Shown here piece after piece: positions 24,580-35,546 of a stretch of 63,059 nucleotides of DNA (positions within the stretch are counted from its first letter, which is position 1; every line of letters starts with the position of its first letter). A program made the translations under genes and the position numbers. The DNA comes from Rhizaria sp. SCN 62-66 (Eukaryota). The notes under the pieces were generated by a model, which did no database searches, was not told where the DNA came from, and saw only the letters and a program-made list of their open reading frames with translations. The stretch spans positions 1 to 63,059 of the forward strand of contig MEDY01000291.1 of assembly GCA_001724265.1 (NCBI GenBank), written 5' to 3'.

Positions 24580-25956
24580 ATGTCCAAGGTTGCTTACATT
24601 GTCGACTGCGTGCGCACCGCTGGCGGCAAGCGCAAGGGTTCCCTCGCGGAGCGCCACCCGGCCGACCTCGGCGCCGAGGTGCTCAACGCGCTGATCGACC
24701 GCACCAAGCTCGACGGCGCCCTCATCGACGACGTTATCTTCGGCTGCGTGAGCCAGGTTGGCGCCCAGGCCACCAACGTCGCCCGCAACGCCGTGCTGGC
24801 GTCGAAGCTGCCCATCTCCGTCCCCGCGACGACGATCGACCGCCAGTGCGGCTCGGCGCAGCAGGCGATCCACTTCGCCGCGCAGGCCGTCATGTCGGGC
24901 ACGCAGGACATCGTCGTTGCGGGTGGCGTCGAGCTCATGTCGCTCATCAACATCGGCGCCAACGCCGTCGTCGGCCTCAAGGCTGGGCTGGGCGCGCCCC
25001 TGAGCGAGCAGATCACGGACAAGTACCCCGCCGCGGCCGGGCTCCCTGTCTTCTCGCAGTTCGTCGGCGCCGAGCTCGTCGCCAAGGAGTTCGGCCTCTC
25101 GCGCGCTGAGATGGACGCCTTTGCTGCCGAGTCCCACGCGCGCGCCGCCGCGGCCACCAAGGCCGGCAAGTTTAAGGGCGAGATCGTGCCCGTTGCCGGC
25201 AAGGACGCCAAGACCGGCGAGGCCGTCACGCTGGCCGTCGACGAGGGCATCCGCGCTGGTGTCACCTCCGAGGCGCTCGGCAAGCTCAAGGTGCTGCTGC
25301 CCGACGGCCTCCTTACCGCGGGCTCCGCCTCGCAGGTCACTGATGGTGCCGCCGCCGTGCTCATTATGAACGAGGAGGGCCTCCGCAAGTCCGGCCTCAA
25401 GCCCCGCGCCAAGTACGTGCTGGCTTCAACATCTGGATGAAAATGTGTTCATAATTCACAGAATTACGCTTCCTGATATGTTGCTGTATTTTTTATGTTA
25501 TAATGCAACCTTAAGATGGTCTGAGCTCACTTTGTGGCTTTATTCAACTCTGCTATATATTGCTTGTTCAGGATCGTTGCTCTCGCGCTCGCTGGCGACG
25601 ACCCGGTCGTGATGCTCCGCGCCCCGATCCCCGCCACGGTCTCCGCCCTTAAGAAGGCCGGCCTGACCGTGAACGACATCGACCGCTGGGAGATCAACGA
25701 GGCCTTCGCCTCGGTCCCCATGGCACTCATGAAGGCGCTGAAGGTGCCCCACAACAAGGTCAACGTCAACGGCGGCGCCATCGCGCTCGGCCACCCTCTC
25801 GGCGCCACGGGCGCGAAACTCATGACCACGCTCGTCAACGAGCTGGAGAGCTCCAAGACGCGCTACGGGCTGCTGACGATGTGCGAGGGCGGCGGCATGG
25901 CCAACGCCACCATCGTCGAGCGCGTCGACGCCGCCAAGCTCAGCGCCAAGCTCTAA
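24580..25956 (+). CDS. Acetyl-CoA C-acyltransferase (thiolase), ~405 aa, C-terminal PTS1-like AKL
   Basis: Exons 24580-25412 and 25572-25956. Motifs DRQCGS (catalytic Cys), [21 protein letters not shown] and CEGGG. Ends SAKL*. Stop is TAA. Confidence 0.95.
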
Positions 25957-26451
25957 GTCTAACCAAGTTCCTTTTGGGATACCCTTGCGTGGTTAGGGTC
26001 TAAATTTAAGTTCGTAAGATAATACAGTAATTATTGTTCAGTAAATCGAGTTGTTTTTACTTGAATTCGGTCATCTCCGTTTGTGTCGTGACTGTTTTTC
26101 AGTCTCACCACACACTGCAGCAGCGTGCATGTCGACGGACAGGACACGGCATGCTCGTGTTTCGCGACAGGCAAAAAAAGCATGTGTCGAATCTGCAATT
26201 GCAAAGTGAAGTAGACGTCGTCAAAAGTACAAATTGTCTCATCAAGACATATTTAACTTGCGTATCTATATTCTCATAAAAGCATCACTGTGTAACACTG
26301 CGGCTTATATGTGGATATCTTGTGTCGAAAGTTACGCTTTCGTCACCACTCGACTGTCGCTCTTTTCCCACGCCCATCGACACCCGTACCTCGCACATGT
26401 CTTAATCTCACGCAACCTCACATCATCTCGCTTACCTTGTTCTTTCTTTAG

Positions 26452-28689
26452 ATGACGGACAAGTACCCCAACTACAAGCCCCTCCTGAACGTTCAGGCGA
26501 ACGTTCCCTCTGACATCGACATCGCCCACTCCGTGCAGCCCCTGCTGATCAAGGACATCGCGGCCAAGCTGGGCCTTGCGTACGAGGACCTCGACCCCTA
26601 TGGCCACTACATGGCAAAGGTTAACATCGACCGCACGTGGAACAAGATCAAGGAGAACGCGAGCGGCAACTACGTCGTCGTGACGGGCATCACCCCAACC
26701 CCTCTCGGCGAGGGCAAGTCCACCTCGCTCGTCGGCCTCTCCCAGGCCATCGGCCACGTCCTCGGCAAGAACGTCATGACCTGTATTCGCCAGCCCTCGC
26801 AGGGCCCCACGTTCGGCATTAAGGGCGGTGCCGCTGGTGGCGGTTACGCGCAGTGCGTGCCCATGGAGAGCTTCAACACGCACTTGACTGGCGATATCCA
26901 TGCCATCACGGCCGCCAACAACCTCGTCGCGGCCCAGCTCGACACGCGCATCCTCCACGAGGGCCAGCAGGCCGACGCTGCGTTGTTCAACCGCCTTGTT
27001 GCCGTCAAGGGCAACAAGCAGGCCTTCTCTGACATCCAGCGCCGCCGCCTCGCCAAGCTCGGCATCACCAAGACCGAACCTGCCGACCTGACCGACGAGG
27101 AGAAGCGCCGTTTCGCGCGCCTCGACATCGACCCCGCGACTATCACCTGGCGCCGCGTCGTTGACACCAACGACCGCTTCCTGCGCACCATCACGGTTGG
27201 CCAGGGCGCGGCCGAGGCCAAGTACGCGCGCGAGACGGGCTTCGACATCACCGTCGCGAGCGAGATCATGGCCGTGCTCGCGCTCGCCAACGACCTTAAG
27301 GACCTCCGCGAGCGCCTCGGCCGCATGGTCGTCGCCTTCTCCCGCGCGGGCGAGCCCGTGACGGCGGAGGACCTCGGCGTTGCGGGCGCGTGCGCGGTGC
27401 TTATGAAGGACGCCATCCACCCGACGCTGATGCAGACGCTGGAGCAGACCCCCGTGTTCGTGCACGCGGGCCCCTTCGCCAACATCGCGCACGGCAACTC
27501 GTCCATTATTGCCGACAAGCTCGCGCTCAAGCTCGTCGGCGAGGACGGCTACGTCCTCACTGAGGCCGGCTTCGGCTCGGACATCGGCATGGAGAAGTTC
27601 ATGAACATCAAGTGCCGTCAGTCGGGCCTCAAGCCCAACGCCGTCGTCCTCGTCTGCACGGCCCGCGCGCTTAAGATGCACGGTGGCGGCCCCGCCGTCG
27701 TCGCCGGCGCCCCGCTCCCCGCCGCCTACAGCACCGAGCAGGTACGTCACAAAACTCTTTCCTGTATTACACTCGTAACAACTCACTTGTGTGATCCAAA
27801 GTGTTTTTTTAGATCGCATATCAATGAACGTGAACAATTAATCCGTGTTTCTTACTTGATAATCAAATCACATCTCATATTGACAATATTTGTTGTTTTA
27901 CCCCGCTTAGCTCGAGCTCGTAGCTGAGGGCGCCGCCAACCTGCAGCACCACATCCGCACCTCCGCCGCCTACGGCCTCCCCGTCGTCGTGTGCATCAAC
28001 CGCATCACCGGCGACACCGACGCCGAGCTCAAGATTATTGAGCAGAAGTCCCTCGAAGCCGGCGCCTTCGGTGCTGTCGTCTGCAACTCCTGGGCTGAGG
28101 GTGGTATCGTACGTTACTTGTTTATATGTCTTCGCCAAATGTGAATCAAACCTAAATATGTTTTGATAACTGCAAAATTACTCCTAAAGACATGTCCTAA
28201 GCTTAATAATTTTCTCTTGTTTCATGTGTATTTCTTTGTCATCAATAGGGCGCTGCTCCTCTGGCCGAGAAGGTCCTCGAGGCCTGCGCCTCGGTCCGCG
28301 CCCTCCCCGAGAACCCCTTCAAGTTCCTGTACCCGCTCGACCTCTCGATTGAGGAGAAGATCACCGCGATTGCGAAGAAGACCTACGGCGCTGCCGAGGT
28401 GACCTTCTCGGACGCCGCCAAGGAGCAGATCGAGCGCTACACCAAGAATGGCTTCGACAAGCTGCCGATCTGCATGGCCAAGACTCACCTCTCGCTGTCA
28501 ACGGACCCCGAGAAGAAGAACGTGCCCACGGGCTTCACCATCCACGTCCGCGAGGTCCGCGCCTCGCTGGGCGCCGGGTTCATTTTCCCGCTGCTCGGCC
28601 CCATGCCCACGATCCCAGGCCTGCCGACGCGCCCCGTCATCTACGACATCGACATCGACGAGAATGGCAACGTTGTCGGCCTCATGTAA
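26452..28689 (+). CDS. FTHFS: Formate--tetrahydrofolate ligase (monofunctional FTHFS), ~642 aa
   Basis: Exons 26452-27741, 27911-28108 and 28249-28689. Motifs [52 protein letters not shown] and [11 protein letters not shown]. Stop is TAA. Confidence 0.97.
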
Positions 28690-29001
28690 GCGATCACAAG
28701 CTCCTGGAAGATGAGTATGTGAGTGTGTTGGGTTGGACTTAGACGCTTTCGCGGTGATAACATACGCACTAGTGTCTGTTTGCTGGTGTACACAACATGT
28801 GACCACAATGATGTTGGTTCAACATGTTGTTTTGTCTGTCATTTATGTATACAAGGTCATATTAACGAAAAAATAAAAACATGACAATAAAAAAACCTTC
28901 AATGTGTATTACTTCGTTTAATCTGGAATACTATCTAACATGTCTATATAAATTACAAGCAGGCAGTGAACATTCGACTTCACGATCACGTGTGGCATTC
29001 A

Positions 29002-31833
29002 TTAATCGTCCTTACCAGCGGCGCCCGTGCCCGCGTAGCGCTTGCGCGCCTGCACCTGCACAAACTGCGGCCGCAAGACGTGGTGAGACCTCAGCTGTAA
29101 GTCGCTGTTCGGGTTGCTCGGAATCGCCCCCGACTCTCCGCTCTCAGTCAAGCCCCTGCCCACGGTCACCGCGTCGACGTCAGTCAGCGCGTTGGAGGCG
29201 TCGAACACCTGAGTCGCGACCATCGGCGGGGTCACTGTCCCGTGGGAGCTCTGGCCTGCGCTGTTGCCGGCTGTGGTGCTCGTGACAGGAACGGGTGCGA
29301 ACGAGAGCTCGAATCGGCTCTTCTTGTGCTTCCTCTCCGTCTCACTCTCGCTCTCGCTCTTGGTGCTGCTAGTCGACGTCTTGGTGTCGTGGCCGTCACC
29401 ATCGCCGCCTTTGTCGCCGCTGCCCTGGCCCTTGCCTTCATTAATGTCGGTATCGACGCTGAGGTAACTGCGCGCGACTCCGCCCGCCACCGGCACCGTC
29501 AGACCCAGCGCCTGTGGGCTCACGTACGCAGACGACTGCGAGTCACTCAAGTTAAGTGTCCGTGAGTCGCCCGCAAGCGCATGTGCCCAGAGCCGCTCCT
29601 TCTCGTCGCGCGCGGCCCGCAACACCCGCGGCCACTGAGCGCGCGGCGGGAAAACCAACGCGGTGAGCCGCTTGCCGTAACAACACCCGGTATCGAGCCC
29701 CGTGGCGTAGGGAAACGCCTGCAGGCCCTGGATCGCATCGTGGCCGAAGATGAGGTGTGGGCGCGCAACGCCGCCCAGGCGCGCCACGTAGCTCGCGCTC
29801 GCGCTCGCACTCGAAGCGTCTTCGTTACCACTATCCTGAGCGCCACGGCCACTGCTGTTGTTCACAGGGCTTGTGGCGAGAGGGTTGTGGGTCGACTGAG
29901 GCTGCAAGGGGGTGATGGTGGAGATCTCGGGGTCTGAGTTGGCGCGCGCGAACGGAATTAAAGCCGCCTGTTGGTCGCTCACAGTCACCAGGGGGTGAGT
30001 GCCACAGATGCTGGTGCCGCTCGCGTTATGAGGGCAAGAAGGGATAGAACCTAGGCTGGAGTTGGAGCTCCCGCTAGAGCTTGCATGAGCGCTGTTGTCG
30101 ACGGGAGTCTCAGAGCTCGATTCGGGCAACTCGGGGGCGGGGATCGTGGTCGAGGAGACGGCGACCTTCTCGGGAACAGGCACGGGGTGCAAAGTGGCCA
30201 AAATACCGGAGATCGTACCAGTCATCAGGCTAGAACTCGGCTTCTCAGCAGTGGGAACTGCAAACGACAGCATAGCGTCAGTGTCACTGCCTGCGTTGTT
30301 GTTGTTGCCCGCTGCCTTATCAGAGCCCTTGCTGGTGTTGCTGAGCAGAGGGGTCGGCAGGAGAGGGACTGAGTCCAAAAGAGAGATGGCCGACCGCTTA
30401 AAGACACTCAGATACTCGTCTAAGTGCCCAGCTGCATCGCTCGACGCCTCGTCTAAGGGGGTGTTGTCGGCGTCTGAGTAACCCGTCCAGTGGGGCGGAG
30501 CCTCAGGGATAACATAGGACTCAGCATGCCCGCGGTCACTGCGGCCGTGCGAGTCGTTCATGCTGCTGTCAGGACCGTGGCCACCGTGCTCACGGTCACT
30601 TGCGCCGTTCGCAGCACTGCGCAGCTTGCTCAGCAGCGCTGTCAGAATCACGCGCCCCTCACTCTCGTCGCCCACACGCGCGCTCTTGCAGCCATTGTTC
30701 TTGGCTGCATTGTCACTTTGCGTGTGCTGATTGCTGATGTTGTTCAGAAGAGCCTTCATGTCTTTCTGGACGGGCACTTCCACGCCGCTGTATACGCTGG
30801 CCCACAGAGCGCCGCCTTTGCGCTTCGCCTCGTACAAACTCGCCCCCAAATCACCCACAACATCCACTGAGTCAGCGTCACCAGAGTCGGACTCGGAGTC
30901 TGAGCCCTGCTTACCGCCCTCGCTGCCGCCGCGGGCACGCGCCGTGGCTGCGGCCGTAAGCCCGACGCTGCGGACGTTGATGACGCTGCGGGGCGCCGTC
31001 TGCCACAGCGAGTTGCCCGTGGGGACGACGCCGCCGTGCACTGCGACCACGTTAATATCGGGGAAATGTAAGAAAAGGGGAAGCGAGCCGACCCAGCCCC
31101 AGTCCTCGGGGGACAGCGCCAGCGCGCAGTCGCGGTGGGTGGCGACCGAGGCGGGCATGTCCGAGAGCGAGAGCGGGGACGACGGGGACGTGGCGGCGTG
31201 CTGCCAGTCAAGGATCACCTGCAGATGCGAAACAAGAACAAAGATATAAAGCCTAAGATGTCAAATCTAAGAAACAGGACTCAGATTTTAGACAGCATAG
31301 TTTAACCCACATAATATATCGCGATATTTTTGCTATGTGATGAGATAAAAGCGTACCTGGTCGTGGTTTCCTCGAAGGGCGACGCACTGAGGCCCGAGAG
31401 CGCGGGCGAGCTTAATGACGCCCTCGGAGTCGGGTCCTTTGCCGATCAAGTCGCCGACCAGCACGAGCAGGTCGTCCTCTGTAAAATCTACTGCGTTCAT
31501 GAGGTCGATGAGCTCCTGCGCGCAGCCGTGGACATCGCCGACGAAGATGGCGCGGCCGTGCGGTGGGTAGCTCACAGACAGCCCCGTCACCTCGAGCGGG
31601 GCCTGTGGGAACGACTCCTTGCCGCCTGCCGCCTGAGACGCGAGCGTCGACAGCGCCGCGGCGGAACCAAGCGCGAGGAGCGGAGGCAGGAGCTGGCGCA
31701 GAAGACTCGGCCGCGCCGGGCCCGCGAGGGCGGCGATTGTCGAGCCAGTGCTGTTTGTGACGTTCGCGAGGACGCGCCCGGAGCCCAGAGACAGCATCCG
31801 ACCGCCGAGCGAGAATAAGGCGCGAGATAACAT
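29002..31833 (-). CDS. ApaH/PrpE/Ppn2-like metallophosphoesterase (PPP superfamily), ~897 aa
   Basis: Exons 31833-31357 and 31218-29002. Motifs VGDVHGC, VGDLIGKGPDS, LRGNHD, VHGG, FGHDA and GLDTGCCYGKRLTA. Stop is TAA. Confidence 0.85.
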
Positions 31834-32295
31834 TGCGTGTTTTCACGTTTAGCAAGACGTTGAAAGTACAGACGGAAAGATCACGCCGCGGGGCGTTGGG
31901 CTTTGCAACGAGGGTCGAACCGAAATGCCATTTTCAGTTTGGTTCGCGAAAAAGCTTCGATTCGCGCTCGATTCGAAATGGAAGCTTGCCTCTCTTTCGA
32001 GAGCAATAAGTCGTCCAACTCAACGTTGAATTGGCTGTTTTAGGAATGATACGATTAAAATTTGAGATATCTATTCATCAATTTGATATTGATTCTTGTA
32101 GTTTCGTTTTATCCCTGTTTCGAACCCGTCCTCGATAGCACCTTTCCCGCCCACTCTAACCACGTTCGCGCCTCCTCCTCCCACGACCGATATGTTCGTT
32201 TAACGCCCACTTGCTGAACCACCGCTCTCCAGCTAGCTTTTTCCACTTGTGCACAGCGCGCCTGCCTTGCGCTGCCGTCTCTTCTGACACACACG

Positions 32296-33339
32296 ATGTC
32301 GTACTTTAACATCGACGACATTCTGTCTGATACGCGCCGTATCCCGTGCACCTTCGCCGTCAACGCGCGCGGTCTCGCTGAGCTCGACACTTCGGGCGAC
32401 AACACACGCACCTCGGTACGCTTCATGCTCTGTATCTTGCTTAGCTTTTGCCCATGCTACTCTAATTGTCGCCTGTGCTTAGTTAGCCGTCCTTCCTGAC
32501 TCGGCTCACTTTTCGCGCCTTCCTACCCTTCTTTCCCATTTTTCTCCACTTCGCGTCTTCCAACCCCTAACGCAGCTTCCTTCGGGCTCCAATGTTGACC
32601 TCCCGGTCTGGCTTGCTATGGGCATTATGGAGCGCAGCGAGCGCAACCGCCGCCGCCTTCTCCTGCCGCACCTGCCGACAATGCTGCTGACCTCGCGCCG
32701 CATCAACCTCCAGGCCAACGCGACGGGCGTCAACCTTCACGCCATCGACCCCCACTTCTATAACCTTGCCATCCGTCTTATCCAGCTCTTCACCATTGTT
32801 GGCCGCGTCGCCGTGCACTTTAACAACCCGTTCCCGTCGCACGCGGCCGAGCTGCGCGACTTCATCCGGTACATGCTGCACCGCCGCTTCGCGCTCTCGC
32901 TCATCCCGCGCGCGCCAGAGCACATCGCGCGGCTCGGGCCCGTCTCCACGACTGAGTTCGCGGAGGCGCTTGACACGCTGGAGCGCAGCAGTACGTTTTG
33001 CTTTTCAATTATGCTCGCAATGTTACCTTTCTTCAAAGCTCCTACTTGCACTGTGTGTCCCGAGACTTCCGCTTCTCGACGTACTTCAACTAAATATACG
33101 TTCTAAGACTCAAGCTCACCGTTTTACGCTGTTGTACTTCTCTTTTTCTTGTACTCTTTGTTTTCGCTTTGTTTCTCCCTGCTTTGCGCGCGTGCACCGC
33201 AGTCTACTCGAAGAAGGAGCGCGCCTACGCCGAGTCGCTGACGTGGCGCCAGGGCCGACTGCACACGCTGTCGGCGTGCCCCCTCGTCACCAAGGAGACG
33301 AGCAGCCGCACCAAGCGCACCTACAGCGAACTCAAGTGA
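32296..33339 (+). CDS. GINS3: GINS complex subunit Psf3, ~223 aa
   Basis: Exons 32296-32415, 32576-32990 and 33203-33339. Motifs YFNIDDILS...IPCTF, GSNVDLPVWLA, LQANATGVNL...PHFY and LDTLER. Stop is TGA. Confidence 0.88.
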
Positions 33340-34192
33340 ACTCGGATGTGCACGTTAAATGACGTCGTAAGTGTTCGTATGTCGCGAGCCGTATGTCGGC
33401 GGAAAAGTGACGAATGAAAAAAATGTGTGCTCATTTAAAGCTGTGAAACAGGGCCACGTACGGGCCCTTGTCCTTAGAGAGAGTGATCGTGTCAGGGGCA
33501 GTGAAACAAATCAAGACGAGTTCCTTGAGACAGATCTAAACTGCCTCTAACCTCTTGAGTTGTTCATTGCTTCGCCTTGTTCGGCATCTCGCTTCACCTA
33601 AACAACCTCATAGTATTGTTACCTAGCGTTCTCAGCACTATAGCTGTACAAACTGTGCGTGTATCAACGCGCAATTGCCGTGTAGTGCCATTTATACAGA
33701 CCAATTTTAATTCTATCGGCGTTTGCATTGTGACCTGTAACGTGACTGACGTTCTTTGACATTGCTTAATAAGAGTATATGTTCACTTCTGCCAAATATT
33801 ATTTTCTCCTTCGACCCAATATGATTAGTATTTCTTATTTCCCTCGTTTTTTCGAGGACTCACTCTTACTTCAAGTTGTCACCTGCAATCAGACGATCTA
33901 TTAATGTCAACCTCAAAAAACTTTGAACAGGGCATGGAAATAATCACCTGGCTGAGGCAGATTCTACCGAACTTAAACATACTCCCACGCGATACAGAGT
34001 CCGTGGTTTAGGCTGCATCACGGGGGTCATAAATGATTATATTTACACATGTTTGCCCACAATTTTCTTTATTCTCAAGCATTGATATGACCTCAAATTC
34101 CCACCTTTCCTACACCCCTTCTCGTCCATCCGTTGCGACCTGTCTCTTCGCCCAACGTTGCCACTCCCTTGCGTCACAGCTCACGGTCTGGC

Positions 34193-35188
34193 ATGGGTGA
34201 CACTTCGAGCAAGCCCGCGCAGGACCCTTCCACGTCCCAGCAGCAGCAAGCTCCCGGTCTCTCTGATGACGCTGCTTTTCTCGCCGCCGCCTCAGCACCC
34301 GACAACTCGTCGTCCTCGTCAGCAACCTACAACAGCGACGGCGGACAACTGTCCACCGCAACCGGCGGCACTGGGCGACCACACGCGAGTACCATGGAGG
34401 TTATCACACTTAACCCAGCCCCAGGCAGCAGCGGGCTGCAACAGCCGGGGCCGCAACAGGGTCAGAACATTAAGACCCGTTTGTCCAACGAGACCGTGAC
34501 GCCGCTGCTGTCCGTCGGCGCCTGCAACGCCGTCTGCGCGCAGCTCCAGCGCCACATCACCGCTGGTGACGCCGAGTGCTACGCTGTGCAGAGCCAGCTG
34601 CAGAACCGCATGAAACGCATTGACGCGCTCAGCAGCGAGGCGCTGTCCGCGGTGCTCACCGCGCACACCCAGCTCGACGGGCTCAAACAGGCACTGCCGG
34701 GGCTCAAGACGCTGGCGTCCAGCGCGGGCCAGCTCGAGGCTGCGATGTCGAGACTGACCGTGAGCACGAGCGCGCTGTACAGTATCATTGCGACCGAGAC
34801 GCTCTCGCGGCAGACCAATGCTGAAGGAGGCAGCCCAAGTCACAACAGCGAGGCCTCGCAGACTGAGCCTGTTCCTGTTGCTGCGAATGTTGCTGCTGCT
34901 GCTGTGGGTAGTGCTGTGGCTAGTGCTGCTGCTGTGGGTGGTGCTGCTGCTTCCGGTGATGCGCCCGTGACGCTTGCAATCCCGGTGACTTTCGAGGAGT
35001 TCCACGCCAAGCGGCTTGCTGCGGTCAAGGCCAAGGCTGAGGCAGACGCCAAGGCTGCGGAAGAGGCTAAGGCTGCGGCAGAGGCCAAAGCGGCGGCAGA
35101 TGCAGAGGCTAAGGCTGCTGCAGCGACTGCACCTGAAACTGAGGCTGCCGATATCAAGGCGAATGCTGAGACCGCGACTCCCGAATGA
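34193..35188 (+). CDS. BORC subunit 5 (myrlysin/BORCS5)-like coiled-coil protein, 331 aa
   Basis: N-myristoylation-type start MGDTSSK. The central helix VCAQLQRHI...QSQLQNRMKRID resembles BORCS5 LCxRYQxHL...QxxLxxRIKxxD. Stop is TGA. Confidence 0.55.
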   Translation: MGDTSSKPAQDPSTSQQQQAPGLSDDAAFLAAASAPDNSSSSSATYNSDGGQLSTATGGTGRPHASTMEVITLNPAPGSSGLQQPGPQQGQNIKTRLSNETVTPLLSVGACNAVCAQLQRHITAGDAECYAVQSQLQNRMKRIDALSSEALSAVLTAHTQLDGLKQALPGLKTLASSAGQLEAAMSRLTVSTSALYSIIATETLSRQTNAEGGSPSHNSEASQTEPVPVAANVAAAAVGSAVASAAAVGGAAASGDAPVTLAIPVTFEEFHAKRLAAVKAKAEADAKAAEEAKAAAEAKAAADAEAKAAAATAPETEAADIKANAETATPE

Positions 35189-35546
35189 GCTTGAGATACC
35201 GAAGGACGGACTCGTGGAAGCAACAGTTGATTATTCTTTCAGATGCAAACATGCGTTTTGTTTGAAGAATAACTACATCGTTCTTAACTACACCATTCTT
35301 TATTGTTTCAGTTTCTGTCGACCCTCAGGCCACAATGGTACTTATATTGCAGGCCTTAAATAGGCGACGACTTGCATCGCGTACACACCAAACGATACCT
35401 ACACACGATACTTAGCTTAACAATACACTCCGTTCATATTTTGATTCCACAATACAACGAAACTCCGATGAAACCTGCTGTTCTTGGCCGATATCGTTCG
35501 TCTCATCCGGGCGAGTTGCAGTTGCGGTTGCAGGATCGCAATTTGA

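Noticed and set aside
33340-33480. Possible SECIS or hairpin after the GINS3 TGA
   Set aside because: Only a short imperfect hairpin is present, SECIS spacing is not satisfied, and the TGA falls at the expected protein end.
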